From the NCBI GenBank assembly GCA_030704615.1, contig CM060731.1:81716001-81780000 (forward strand): a stretch of 64,000 nt of DNA, read 5' to 3'. Position numbers and translations under genes: made by a program. Of this stretch, positions 25,060 to 37,000 are shown one piece after another (the first letter of the stretch is position 1; every line of letters begins with the position of its first letter). The notes under the pieces were generated by a model that ran no database searches, was not told where the DNA came from, and was given only the letters and a program-made list of their open reading frames with translations. The stretch is from Takakia lepidozioides (Eukaryota > Plantae > Bryophyta).

Positions 25060-25677
25060 CGAAGCAGATGGCACCCCTTCCCAAGCTAGCTTAAGAAGAT
25101 AGGCTCCATCCCTCTTTCTCCCTTCTCTTTTCTGACTGTATAGAGAAGTAGAGTATACCTCGATTTCCTCGGTTTCCTCAGCTGGTCCCAAAGGATACTG
25201 CTTAGTGCATCTACGTTAGCATGCCTAGCACCTGCTCTGTGAACAATTTTAAACTCAAAATATGTAATCATGATCCATTACCCCTGCGTCCATATGCGTC
25301 ACTTACCGTTGCCAACCACTTGGTTTGTAATCAGACTGATACAAAAGGGGTTCCATACAGGTACTGCCGAAAGTGTAATACTCCCCACACCAGGGCATAG
25401 CATTCACCTTCCATAGGTGATATTTGCGCTGAGCATCAGATAGTACCTTACTGGCGTATGCAATGACCCTCTCCTTTTTATACTCCTTTTGTGACAAGAC
25501 TGCCCCTACTCCTTTGATGGACCAATCAACATCCAAGACGAACGGTCTTGAGAAATCTGGTCTTGCCAGGATGGGAGCAGTTACCAACTTCACCTGTAAG
25601 GCAGAAAAGGCGTTTTGTGCCTCTGCACTCCAGATAAACTTCACATCCTTTTTGGTTAGAGTGAACAGGTATAGCAG
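25007..25677 (-). pseudogene. G2 RT connection/RNase H segment in inverted orientation (boundaries approximate)
   Basis: Minus strand reads [38 protein letters not shown] and FKIVHRAGARHANVDALS. Confidence 0.9.
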
Positions 25678-26580
25678 TGAAAAAGGGGAGATGATTTGCA
25701 AAAGAGAAGAGTACTATGCATGTGTATGGGGCCTTTGGCACTTCAAGAAAATACTGTTGGGAAGTCATTTTTCTTTGGAAACAGATCTAGATCCATATTG
25801 GTGGCTGTACTCAGAGCACCACATAGGCATAGACTTACTTGGTGACTTTTCATTTGAGTTCGTTCCGGGCATAGTAAGACCTTCCACAGGTAGAATGTTG
25901 ACCAAGGATCATGGCATATTGAAGGGAGAACTGAAACCAGGCATAATGCCAGATGGAGAAGGAAAGAGGGTGACTTTTGCTGCACAGACTTTTGCTACAA
26001 AAAAACAAGGAAAGGGTATTGATCAATCAAGCTCTGTCAATCTGGTAAGGGAGGGTATTTGGAAGGATAAGGGTGCAGGAAGGAAAGAGGCTACTGCAAT
26101 CAGCAACAAGGAAAGGGAGCATCTGATGCCCTCTTGTCCCACCATCCATGTGATTACCCGAGGATCTCGTGCTCGTGATAAGGAGCTGAGCGAGGTACAT
26201 CCAGCCTGTGAACTTGTGGAAGAGAGATCGAACAATGAAAAGGGAAGCTTGCAAGAGACACCATTCCTTCAAGACTTGACAAGCACTCCAACTACAAGAA
26301 GAACGCGGGTGACTTCCTCATCAGAATGCCCAGCCAAGGAAAACATGGGGGGTGAGTGTTCCACCAAGACGTTTTGTTCTTCAGACAGTGATGGAACAAG
26401 TGGTTCAGAACCAGACACTTCTTCTTGCAACAAGATTGATGAAGGGGACTGGGTACCATGGACCGCACCCACCAAAGCTACTCAGATGTCATTATTACGT
26501 GAGGCTGAAAGATGGGGGAAAAGCTCTCTCATCAGCTCTGACCAGCATACAGCAGCTGTTAAGGAGAAAGGCAACCTGAT

Positions 26581-27819
26581 GTGCTTGATGATGTGGAAGT
26601 CATGCACCTCTTATGTTTTGGAGAAGTCAATGACTACCTGACAAAAGAGGAGAGCACGAGAGCCAAGAGGCGGGCAAGGCAGTACTCCTATCTCAAAGGT
26701 GAGGTCTACTTTGATGGAAGGGTAGTTCCACCAAGAACTGACAGAGGGGCAATAATCACTGAAGTACATGAAGCCACTGGCCACTTTGGAGTCAGAAGAA
26801 CTCAAGAGGAGATATGCCGACGTTATTTCTGGCATGATAGAACAAAACTCATCAGGAAAGTTCTCAAGGGCTGTGGTAAATGTCAGATGGCCAAACAGAA
26901 CGGAGTGTTGCGCTCAGGTAGCTCAAAACTTCACAGCATTCCAGTAGTAGATCTGTTTTTCAGAGTTGCAATTGACACGGCAGGACCATTACCTATAACC
27001 AGCAGGGGCAATCAGTACTTTCTGGTGGCAATCGATCACTTCTCAAAATGGATAGAAGCTGCACCAGTGGCAGATCATACAGCAGCCCTTGCTGCCCGCT
27101 TTCTTGAGGAAGAAGTAATTGACAGGTATAGCTGCCCACATACGTTGCTCACTGACAATGGCACAGAGTGGGGAGGTGAGTTTGAAGATACATGCCACGA
27201 ATACGGTATAAAGAGGGAGCATAGCGCCCCCTACTGGCCTCAGTGTAACGGTATGGTGGAAAGGGTCATTAAGTCTCTCAAACAGAGCATCACCACCCTA
27301 GGAGTTGGAAACGACACTGAATGGGATCAGAATCTCTATAAGGCCCTGTTTGGTTACAGAATGGGTGTCCATGCTTCCACTGGATTCTCACCTTTTCAGG
27401 TACTTACTGGTAGAATTCCAAGGCTGGGAATTGACAACAGGTTGCATTTTCTTACAACACCAGTAAATTCTGATGGATCTGTAGCAGAGGTCACACTTAT
27501 GATGCAGCAGAAAATCCAGCTTCTCACAGAGATGAAGGCAAAGCTGCGAAAAAGTGTGAAGAAAGGGCAGCAGCAGCAGGCAAGGGATTATGAAAGGAGG
27601 CATCAAACTGGGCATACCTACTGCAAGTTGATGGAAAACAGCAAGGTTATGATGTTGAGGCCTGGAAAGAGATCTTCCATGACATCTCCATGGGAGGGAC
27701 CTTATGACTTTTTGGGGTACAAAGATGCAGGAAACACCACAAGGACAGGGGAAGCTGCACGCAGATGCAGGCTAAGAGATGGGGCAAACAGGAATGGACA
27801 AGAAGTAGGAGGGACTTGA
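26581..27819 (+). CDS. G2 integrase
   Basis: HEATGHFG..CGKCQ; IDTAGP, TDNGTEW, CNGMVER; SPWEGPY. Confidence 0.93.
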   Translation: MLDDVEVMHLLCFGEVNDYLTKEESTRAKRRARQYSYLKGEVYFDGRVVPPRTDRGAIITEVHEATGHFGVRRTQEEICRRYFWHDRTKLIRKVLKGCGKCQMAKQNGVLRSGSSKLHSIPVVDLFFRVAIDTAGPLPITSRGNQYFLVAIDHFSKWIEAAPVADHTAALAARFLEEEVIDRYSCPHTLLTDNGTEWGGEFEDTCHEYGIKREHSAPYWPQCNGMVERVIKSLKQSITTLGVGNDTEWDQNLYKALFGYRMGVHASTGFSPFQVLTGRIPRLGIDNRLHFLTTPVNSDGSVAEVTLMMQQKIQLLTEMKAKLRKSVKKGQQQQARDYERRHQTGHTYCKLMENSKVMMLRPGKRSSMTSPWEGPYDFLGYKDAGNTTRTGEAARRCRLRDGANRNGQEVGGT

Positions 27820-27882
27820 AACCCTTCGTACCACCAGTGTGTGATCAGCCAGTGAAGGTGGTCAGTGAGGACCCTGACACTT

Positions 27883-27893
27883 AAAAAGGGAGA
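27883..27893 (+). promoter_or_regulatory. G2 polypurine tract
   Basis: AAAAAGGGAGA, 11 nt before the repeated LTR start. Confidence 0.75.
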
Positions 27894-27904
27894 CACACTA
27901 CATA

Positions 27905-30095
27905 TGTAGTGTGAATGCAGGGACAGAACATTACATATGTTTACCATTACGACCTACATCACTATGACGGAGTGCCCGTCATCCCAACTGCAGAAAGGAT
28001 GTATCCCTTCATGTAGGTAATTTCATGAGCGCACTGAACTTATGCTTTGCCAGGAGAAAATGGCTAAGTCATGACGGTACACATTTTCATCCATGCGATG
28101 AACGTTTTCATCACTGGTTCTTGACCTAAAAGATCGCGGGTTGAGAAAAACGAAGAGGAAGATGACGGATGGCTCGTAGCGGCTGTTGCAAGCAGTGGTG
28201 TCGGCAGGGCAGCCTGTGTTAGGAGGTTGTACCTGCGCGGTGGGATCTTGCTTGGCTTAGGAAGCGGCATTAAGACGCCTCTGCTTGGTATTCTGTGTAG
28301 AAAGAAGCGGTGCCGCCTCTCTCGTAGTGATGATCAATTCCAAGAGATAGAAGCATGTAAGGAAAGCGGCGCACCACCACTGCCGCCAGTGCCTTGAAGA
28401 TGATAGTTATGGGCAGATGAGCAAGCAAGGAAAAGGCCAGCTGCTGAAAGCACATGGAAGAGAGTCTGGGCACAATCAATGGGGGGGAGGTAAAGCATGT
28501 GGAGTTCTGGCTGTATGGTATCTCAGGTTCTCTGTCATTAAGCTTCTAGCTGCTTTGTGTCTCCTTGTTATAGGACCAGGCCAATTCGAGAGGAAGAATT
28601 GCATAGCGTAATCTGGTTGTCAGGCCACAGGATGGTCCAAGTGAAGAAGGGGAGCCATCATGGCGTCATAAGGTCTGGAATCAAGACAAAGAGAAAGGGT
28701 TGAAGTGGCTGCTGACGGGCGATGGCAAGGTGCCACCTTGACAGGCAGACCCGCCGCTTCACTAGTGGATAAAAACAGATAAGTCGATGAACAGAGGCTT
28801 CTTTTTGCCAGGACTTAGAAATTGCTTTGGTAGATTTAGGACTGCCATCTTGGCAGAAGAGAAAAGGTAGAGACATGTGACAAGAAAAAGTTTTTGAAAT
28901 GGGAATGGAGACTCTGGACTTCAGACCAGAACGTGGAAAGGATGGATGCACCTGATGTTGTGATGACAGTGAGAGAAATAAGTGAAGAGAGAGAGAGAAA
29001 GAGAGAGCCTGTTCGTCACTGAATTCAGAATGGTCACTGTTGTCTTCATTCTTGCATTTTGATTCAGTGTCATAAACCTGGACACCATGCTGCCGTGTGT
29101 AGTGATAACCTGGAACCAATGTAGATCTGGCTTGTTTGTTTGGAGAGATCAATGATGGTTAGCTGGAGTTGCAAAAAAACATGGAAAGGATAAGGTGATT
29201 TCACTATGGGATCAGGATCTGAACAACTGCGTTCCACAGTTGAAGGGAAAAGAGGGATGTTGGGGTATTTGGGTTGAAGTCTGACAAAAGAGATGAGAGC
29301 TGTTTGAGCGATGGGTCATTGGAAAAAGGGACAAGAAAGAGAGAAAGAGAGAGAGACTGATGGATGGGATGGTTGTGTCTTGAGAGACCGAGGATGACTT
29401 CAAGGCTGGCCGCACTGGATGCCTAGCAGCGTGTGCATTCACATTACATGACAGATCTGCTGCTGTGAAATAGTGGGGAACCTAGGGACATAGACAGAGA
29501 TAGTGAAACAGACAAAAAGGGAAAAGAAAGAGAGAGAGTGAAAAATGGGATTTGGGTAAGGAGAGAGCTGCAATTCAAAAGGGCTGTTGGGGGGGGGGGG
29601 GGGTTTGGCCAATTTGGGGAGATGAGATGAAGAAAACCTGAAAGAAACCAGTGCCCCTGCAGACCATGAAGATCTGAGCTGCCTCCTCCTAAATCTGTGT
29701 CACCACTACAAAAAGGGGATTTCCGACCTGTCATTGCTCAAGTGGGCTTCACATAAAGGATCGTGTTTACCGCTGCCATTGGGCTGATTTGCATCACTGA
29801 ATACATAGCACCAGCATAGCTGGTGCTGTACCTGCTGATAGGGGATGTTGTGTAAAAGGTAGAACCAAGAGTGAACAACAAATTGACTCCCCATCCATGT
29901 CTTCCCTTCCGCTGCGGCGTGGATGAGGATTGCTTGAACTCTGATCACGGAGGAGCTGAGGGAAACCCACAGCCAAGTGACGACAGTTGGACAGATTAGA
30001 AAGAACGCTTCTTTCCTCTTGCTCCGCAACCAATGGAGGGGAGCACAATTAGAATTATACAGAAGGGGATTCACGCCCCTTCTTTTCACAGTACA
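27905..30095 (+). repeat. G2 3' LTR
   Basis: Direct repeat of the 5' LTR plus terminal CACAGTACA. Confidence 0.94.
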
Positions 30096-30099
30096 CGCA

Positions 30100-31055
30100 C
30101 ACTTAAATGTGGAGTTCGGAACCTTCTCCTGAGCTCGAAATGGTTGATGAGCTGTGCCTGTCCAATCGGTCTCGTTCCTGTGACCTCTGGATTTAAAGTG
30201 GAAGCAAGTTGGGGAGAAACACCGCAACGCGCCCGCACAAACAACGTAGCGCACCCGTACAACATCGCGCATCTTTATGCTGGTGGTTTTGGTAACGCAC
30301 CAAGGATGACCGTCATGTTTTCTATCCATATCTGTCAACATTCCGGACGCCCTCGAGTAGTCCGCCCGAGGAGGGAACTCAAAGAAGATATTACCGTCGA
30401 CGTCGGCGGGAAGGCATGTAACCGATTTAATTGCGAACTTGCTGTAGTCCAGCCCGGCCAGCTCCGACCGGTGTCCCTCCAGGTGAAGCCCTCGCAGAAT
30501 TTCAAGAATAGATCGAACTGCGGTGCTCGTGCTGGGAATATGACTCCCTCCTCCACTGACGTCCATTGAGGACTTGCCTGATCTCCAGGACGACCTCGGA
30601 ACTTCCATGACCTCGTCTGAGTCGGACAGGTTGTGAACAACCCGGTTCTCGCTCGTCTTCATGGATGGGTTCGGCTCTGGATTTACTTCGTTGCGGACTT
30701 CTCTCTTTGAGGTAGCCACTCTCTGATTCGTGGATTGTTTCGTGGAAGGCGGCAGGATAGAAGGTGCATTTGGCGGGCAAATGAAGTCCCCAACAGCCTT
30801 GTATATGACGTTGTCCGATGGTGGAACTCGCCATTCCCTGCCATCGCCGAAATCATCGTGGAGCACAACAATACTCTCGACAACAAGGCCGTTTGAGTCC
30901 TTCCTTTCCTCCTCCAAAAAAACCGACCCCGGTTTCAGGTGGTATCAAACGCACAAATATTTCTCCATCACCCGGCAGATGTCCCCTCTGCACGGAAATG
31001 AAGCTCTATGCTCGTGAGGAGGGCAGTACACTGTAGCGCTCGGGTTTTCCGCCAT
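30100..31055 (-). pseudogene. Copy C transposase, 5' part
   Basis: ATG 31055; LPADVDGNIFFEFPP..MDRKHDGHPWC..CAGALRCFSPTC; rejoins as FKCAYCKEPPHC when G2 is removed. Confidence 0.88.
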
Positions 31056-31249
31056 GGGAGATGTGCACACAAGACTGCCAGGATGGCGTGTGGGGAAGCT
31101 CCCTGGTAGAAGGGGGATGCAGCGATGGGAAGGAATGCGGTGCCGATTTGTCCGAGTGACGAAGCCTGATCCAAATCCAGGGAACCAACTATCTCAAAAA
31201 TCCACAGTCAGAGTGTTAATGAACCTTGTCTCAGGAATGCGGCCCCTGG

Positions 31250-33290
31250 TCTTTGCGCAATAACTGCCAACGGTATGCAGTCAAAAAGTGGGGGGCCGTC
31301 CGGATTATGACGGCTGAAGGGGAGAAGCCGACAGCGTGCTGTCACATTACTACCCCCGAATGGAAATTTGGCACCCAATATCCAACAGGGGCCGCACGGA
31401 TGAAGTCGTCTGGGGCAGAGATGCCGGCACCTGTCCGACAGAGAACATCCCCCGGACGGAAATTCAGCGCCGAATTTCCATTCGGATCCCCCCAAAGGAA
31501 GTCATGTCGGGGGGTTAGGCCGAAAACTGGCCGACATAAAAACCTACGCGGATGGAAAAACAGCGCCGAATTTCCATCCGAGGCCTTTCGGATGCAGTCG
31601 GCTCGGGGGAAAGGTCGCCATCTGGCCCTCACATTACAACCCCCGGACGGAAATTCGGCACCGAATATACAACAGGGGAAGCCCGGATGAAGTCGCCTCG
31701 GGCGCAGTGGCCGGCGCGTGTGCGACAGAGAACATCCCCTGGATGGAGATTCGACGCCGAATTTCCATCCGGGCCCCCCCAAAGGAAGTCGTGTCGGGGG
31801 GTCAGGCCGAAAACTGGCCGGCATAAAAACATCCCCAGATGGAAAAACGGCGCCAAATTTCCATCCGAGGCAGTTCGGATGCAGTCGGGGAGGGGGGAGA
31901 GGCCGGCACCTGGCCGTCACATTTCAACCCCCGGACGGAAATTCGGCACCGAATATCCAACACGGGACGCCCGGATGAAGTCGCCTCGGGCGCAGAGGCC
32001 GGCGCGTGTGCGACAAATAATATCCCCTGGATGGAGATTCGGCGCCGAATTTCCATCCGGGCTCCCCCAAAGGAAGTCTTGTCGGGGGGTCAGACCGAAA
32101 ACTGGTCGACATAAAAACCTCCCCAGATGGAAAAACGGCGCCGAATTTCAATCCGGGGCCGTTCGAATGCAGTCGGGGAGGGGGGAGAGGCCGGCACCTG
32201 GCCGTCATATTTCAACCCCCGGATGGAAATTCGGCACCGAATATCCAACAGAGCGGCGGAGAGGCCGGCACCTCTCCGACAGAGACCATCCCCCGGATGG
32301 AAATTCGGCGCCGAATTTCCATCGGGGCCCCCTCAAAGGAAGTTGTAAAAACCTCCCCAGATGGAAAAACGGCGCCGAATTTCCATCCGGGGCCGTTCCA
32401 ATGCAGTCGGGGAGGGGGGAGAGGCCAGCATCTGGCCGTCATATTTCAACCCCCGGACAGAAATTCGGCACCGAATATCCAACAGAGCGGCGGAGAGGCC
32501 GACACCTCTCCGAGAGACCATCCCCCGGATGGAAATTCGGCGCCGAATTTCCATCGGGGCCCCCTCAAAGGAAGTCGCAAAAACCTCCCAGAATGGAAAA
32601 ACGGCGCCGAATTTCCGTCCGAGGCTGTTCCGATTTTCCTCTAGCAGTGAAGGATTCCAAGAAAAATCCGAAAAATCAATCGGACACGCTCAGAATTACC
32701 TGCAGGAAGGTAATTCAGCGTTTCGAAATTCCTGGCGAATGGAAATTCGGCGCCGAATATCCATACGCCAGCGATCCGACTTACCTGCTGGATGGAAATT
32801 CGGCGCCGGATTTCCATCCATCCGGGATTCTACTTACCTGCTGGATGGAAATTCGGCGCCGGATTTCCATCCATCCGGGATTCCACTTACCTGCTGGATG
32901 GAAATTCGGCACCGGATTTCCATCCAGCAGGGATTCGAATTACCTGCAGGATGGAAATTCGGTGCCGGATCTCCATCCATCTGCTCTCCGCCCAACCTTG
33001 CGGATGGAAATCCGGCGCCGGATTTCCATCCATCCGCCTCCGAATTACCTGCTTGAGGGAAATTTTGCGCGCCGCCCTACCTGCGCGGATGGAAATCCGG
33101 CGCCGGATTTCCATCCATCCGCTTCTGAATTACCTGCGTCAGGGGAATTTGGCGCGCCGCTCTACCTGCGCGGATGGAAATCCGGCACCGGATTTCCATC
33201 CATCCGCTTTCGAATTACCTGCGTGAGGGAAATTTCACGCGCCGCCCTACCCCTCAGGATGGAAATTTGGCGCTGAATTTCCATCCTGCT
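31250..33290. repeat. Array of 30-bp palindromes GGATGGAAATTCGGCGCCGAATTTCCATCC in higher-order tandem units
   Basis: ~290-bp units to ~32270, then shorter units, then ~40-50-bp units from ~32740. Confidence 0.93.
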
Positions 33291-34057
33291 GCGCTCATGC
33301 TAATCTTGGCTTAACATGCTATTCGAGGCATGTACCCCAAAAACGGAGATCTTTTTCCATTTTGGCTGGGACTTATGCCGCTTGAAGGGCGTGGCTCTCC
33401 TGAGAGAGACCTCACATCCAGACCGCGGCGGAAGTTGAAAGCTCTGTACTACGGACGACGGCCAATCTCTCGCATGGCCAAACTGAAGCTCCAGCAGGAG
33501 ATTCCAGTGTCTTGCTCACAACCCGCGCCAACTGAAGCCGAGTACTCTCAGGCAAGCCACTTCTGCTTTCGCTTTGTTCTATTTCTTTTTTGCTTTCGCT
33601 TTGTTGCCTCGCTTTGTTTTTGCATCTTCATCCTGGCTCGCTGGATGAGTGAACTTTAGATAGTTGAGTGAACCTTACATTGTTTGCAATGCGTGTGCAA
33701 ATCCGGCAGTTGTGGAGAAGGCTGCTTGTGCATGTCATTCTCAGGCAATTGTTGCATATGTTTTCATTGTTGTTGCATGGCTCTCCATACTTCCTAAACT
33801 TGTTATGTTTTCATTTTTGTTACACGATTGTTGCTATGGTGGTTGCACAGCTCGTTGCGATGCTGGTTTTTGCACCGATGTTGGTTTTCACGATGTTTGG
33901 GAATGACAGAGTGACGACGAGCCCGACACGCTGGTGGTATCATCGACAACTCCAACTCATCGCATGTTTGAATCGCCCAACTTGGGGCGAGAGGGCAAAC
34001 TTCAACCTTTTGTTGGTGGATGGGAGGACTTGCAACGAGAGTACGACAGAATAGGCA

Positions 34058-37000
34058 TTGGGGAGGTTGGTGCAGGCGGCATGGCAGGTGAAGGGGCGTG
34101 AGGACATGAGGACAGCAAATCCGGCAATGGAGGTTGTTCATGCACATGCAGTAGGGCCCGCCCACGCAAAGAAAAAGAAGAAAGCTAAGCACATGCAATC
34201 CCTGGCGAGAGAGTCGTCACAGGTTGCGGAGGGGGGAGTGAGCAGTGCGCGCGAGGGTGTTAGTTCGCCTCAATCAAAGGTGGTCGTCCTGGAGGGCTCC
34301 CCTGCTGCTAGCCCTAGTAAGAAACAGAAAGCCCGTGAGAGGGCAAAAGAGAGGGCAAAAGAACAGGCGAGACAGAATGCTAGCCAGGAGGAAAGAGAAA
34401 AAGCCATTGAAGAGGCCAGGGGTGCCCAAATGACAGATGCCAATGTAAGCGAGGGACGCACAGAGACGGTGGATCCCTCCAAGACACCATAGAGAGGCAG
34501 TAACACACCGGTTAGACCATCGCGGGCAAGAGCAGCCCCCGCAATTACCCATACGGTGGAGAGTGGAGGAGAGGAAAGAACACCAGAAAGAGCACGGATT
34601 GTGCAAGTTCGAGGTGAAGCCAGGGAGAGGGCAGTAGAGACGGGGAGAGTGCTGGAGGTGGTTTCGCAGGTGGCTGACCCTGTTGAGGAGGACGACAGGG
34701 AGCTTTCTGACCAGGATGACATCCTCCCGGACATCCCCAGGCCCAAACCCGGAGCATACAGGCTGGATTTGGCGGTCCTGCCGGAAAACCCCTCTGCAGC
34801 AGACGTCATGTCTGAGGCGGATATGAAGGTTGGCCGCTGCCAAGATGTTGGAGGCAACCCACAGCAACATTGGCAGGGTGCTGGGGGCATGGTGTACCCG
34901 GCCAAGCTTCGAATTCCCCTTTGCCGCTTGGTGTCATTGCAGGTGGTGAGACCTGCCCTCCCAGGCGATATCGACAAGCGGAAATTCTCTTTCTGGGATG
35001 GATATCGAATGGGGTCTGCCGCATTTTACGTTCCATTGAGAACGACCACGGAGCTTCCCGTGCCCACACTTCCGATGAGGTGGACAAATGGGGTCCCCAT
35101 TGGCAAACGTGAAATGAGGAGTTCGAGAGATCGATTGCTAGTGATCCTCTTTCCAGCACTTGTCCGGTAAGATGTTCTACGTGTGGGACGACAATCATCG
35201 CCTCCTGGCATGGATGGAGCACATTGCCCAAGCCCACCCCAACGACCTCGATTGGCATTTCTCGTGGATTGTGTTGTGCTGAAGGTTGCGGCGGCCCAAA
35301 GATCGCAGTCTTCTCAAAGCTGCAATGGCCGACATCAACTCGTAAGCTACAACCCCTCTCGCTTTTGGACTTTGAATTTGGAAGTCATTTCATTGCGAAT
35401 CCTCATATATGATGAAAATTCCATTTCAGTATTGTTTGATGGAAATGTGGCACTGCAGGGTGACTGAGAATGCCTTCATTGCCACCAACTTGTCCCATAT
35501 GCTCTTCCGAGTGAAGGATGTCGGGAAGCAGGGGGTGCAAGAGTTTGCCAATTCCCTCAGTGCCGACCTCCGGCGCAAGTCGGAGGCAAAGGCAGACAGA
35601 ACCAGGTATAGGCTGAGCGTCGACGCCATGGTGGACTACATATTTCGGGTAAAGCTCCTTACAATTTTGTTGAGCTAATCTGTCTCTCCTCCCCCAATAG
35701 AAGAAATTGTGTTGAGCAGGATCTCTAATCTTATGTGCGCATTCTTGACAGACGAAAATACAGCATGATTTGGCACATGCGCGGAGGTTTCTACATGGAG
35801 TCAGAGGAGAAGAATCCAAACCCTCCCGGAACTCGAATCGTATGTCAAAGCTGCGGAGGTGAGGGCCCGCATAAAGTACAAGTCGCGGATGGTAAAGTGT
35901 GGCCATAGCTGATCCCGCCCTTGGTGCCGACTTTCTGGTGGAGGTGGGGAAGCACTACTCTCGCGCTCTGAAGCCCACGATGACATTGGAGAAGCTCCAT
36001 CGTCTAGCCACATCCTGTGTGGATGCAACAGAAAAGGTGATACATTCTTAACCAAATTGTGGTGGCAACAACTCCTTTTTTGTGGTGTTTGGCGCTTACG
36101 AATATGTTGGGTGGTTTGGACAGACCGGTGGCTCCAAATCTGGAATGGTTCCCAAAGTACCAGGGACAATGTGGAGCTTCCCAAACCGGACAAAACTCTC
36201 TGACCCCACATTCGACATGTGGATGAAACCGCATGACATGGTGGTTTCAGGTACTTCCCCACGCTTCGTTGGGGCTTCTACTCTAGTAGGGGGTGGATTC
36301 ATTGTATTTTTTCAGGAAAGCGATCTGATGGAGAATCTCCACAGGTGACGACGAATGCGCAAGAGCAGCTGGACACACAAGCACATCAGTTCAAGATGGA
36401 GATATCTCCTGCAGCAGAGAGCCTACGTGACTATGTGACGAGGTACTTTCTGCTCTACAAAACCAACATATTCTTTCGGGAGATAGCAGATGCTCGCCAG
36501 AGCCACGAGTTCACCGACCAGTCGAACACGGACAAAGCAGCAATGCGCCTTCTGTACAGGTACATACGCGCTGGGTGCAAAAGAGGCAAAAGCGCTTGCG
36601 AACTCCAGGAAAGCGGCAGAGCTTGCTCAGGCAGGAATTCAGGAGAAATTGCATGAGAAGAGTAAGGCCAAAGGAAAAGGACAAGGAAACAGGTGAGTGC
36701 AATAACACCCAAAAAGAAGAAAACCATCGGGGCATCGGAGGAGGCGCAGGAGGGGACCCAAGAGAGTGACTCGGACAACGACTTTGTTCAAGGTCCTGCA
36801 ACTGCTGTTGCTCCTACCCAGTCACCGGTCGTCCAGGTTCCCAAGTCAGTTCGGAGTGGGACTGGCTCTGCCAAGAAGTTGGCATTGGAGGGCGAGCCTA
36901 CACGGCGGTATTCGGCGGTGACGTTTACGCACAGGCCAAAGCTAGAACCTCCAACCATCATCCAATGCGTCATTGACGCTCTCGTTGCCAGGGCGAAGAA

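Larger units (their letters stand above)
19169..30095 (+). mobile_element. Ty3/Gypsy LTR retrotransposon G2 (no chromodomain seen), recent insertion
   Basis: ~2.2-kb near-identical LTRs, TG..CA ends, 4-bp TSD CGCA (19165-19168, 30096-30099); removal restores the host reading frame. Confidence 0.96.

Noticed and set aside
25463-26641. 392-aa ORF as one protein
   Set aside because: Its first ~70 aa are the antisense of the inverted RNase H segment.
31226-33276. Long ORFs (574 aa and overlapping) in the palindrome array
   Set aside because: Open on both strands and in several frames with repeating peptides; explained by a GC-rich stop-poor repeat.
31250-33290. CRISPR-like array of palindromic repeats
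   Set aside because: Spacers are themselves repeated, spacing is irregular, there are no cas genes and the context is eukaryotic.
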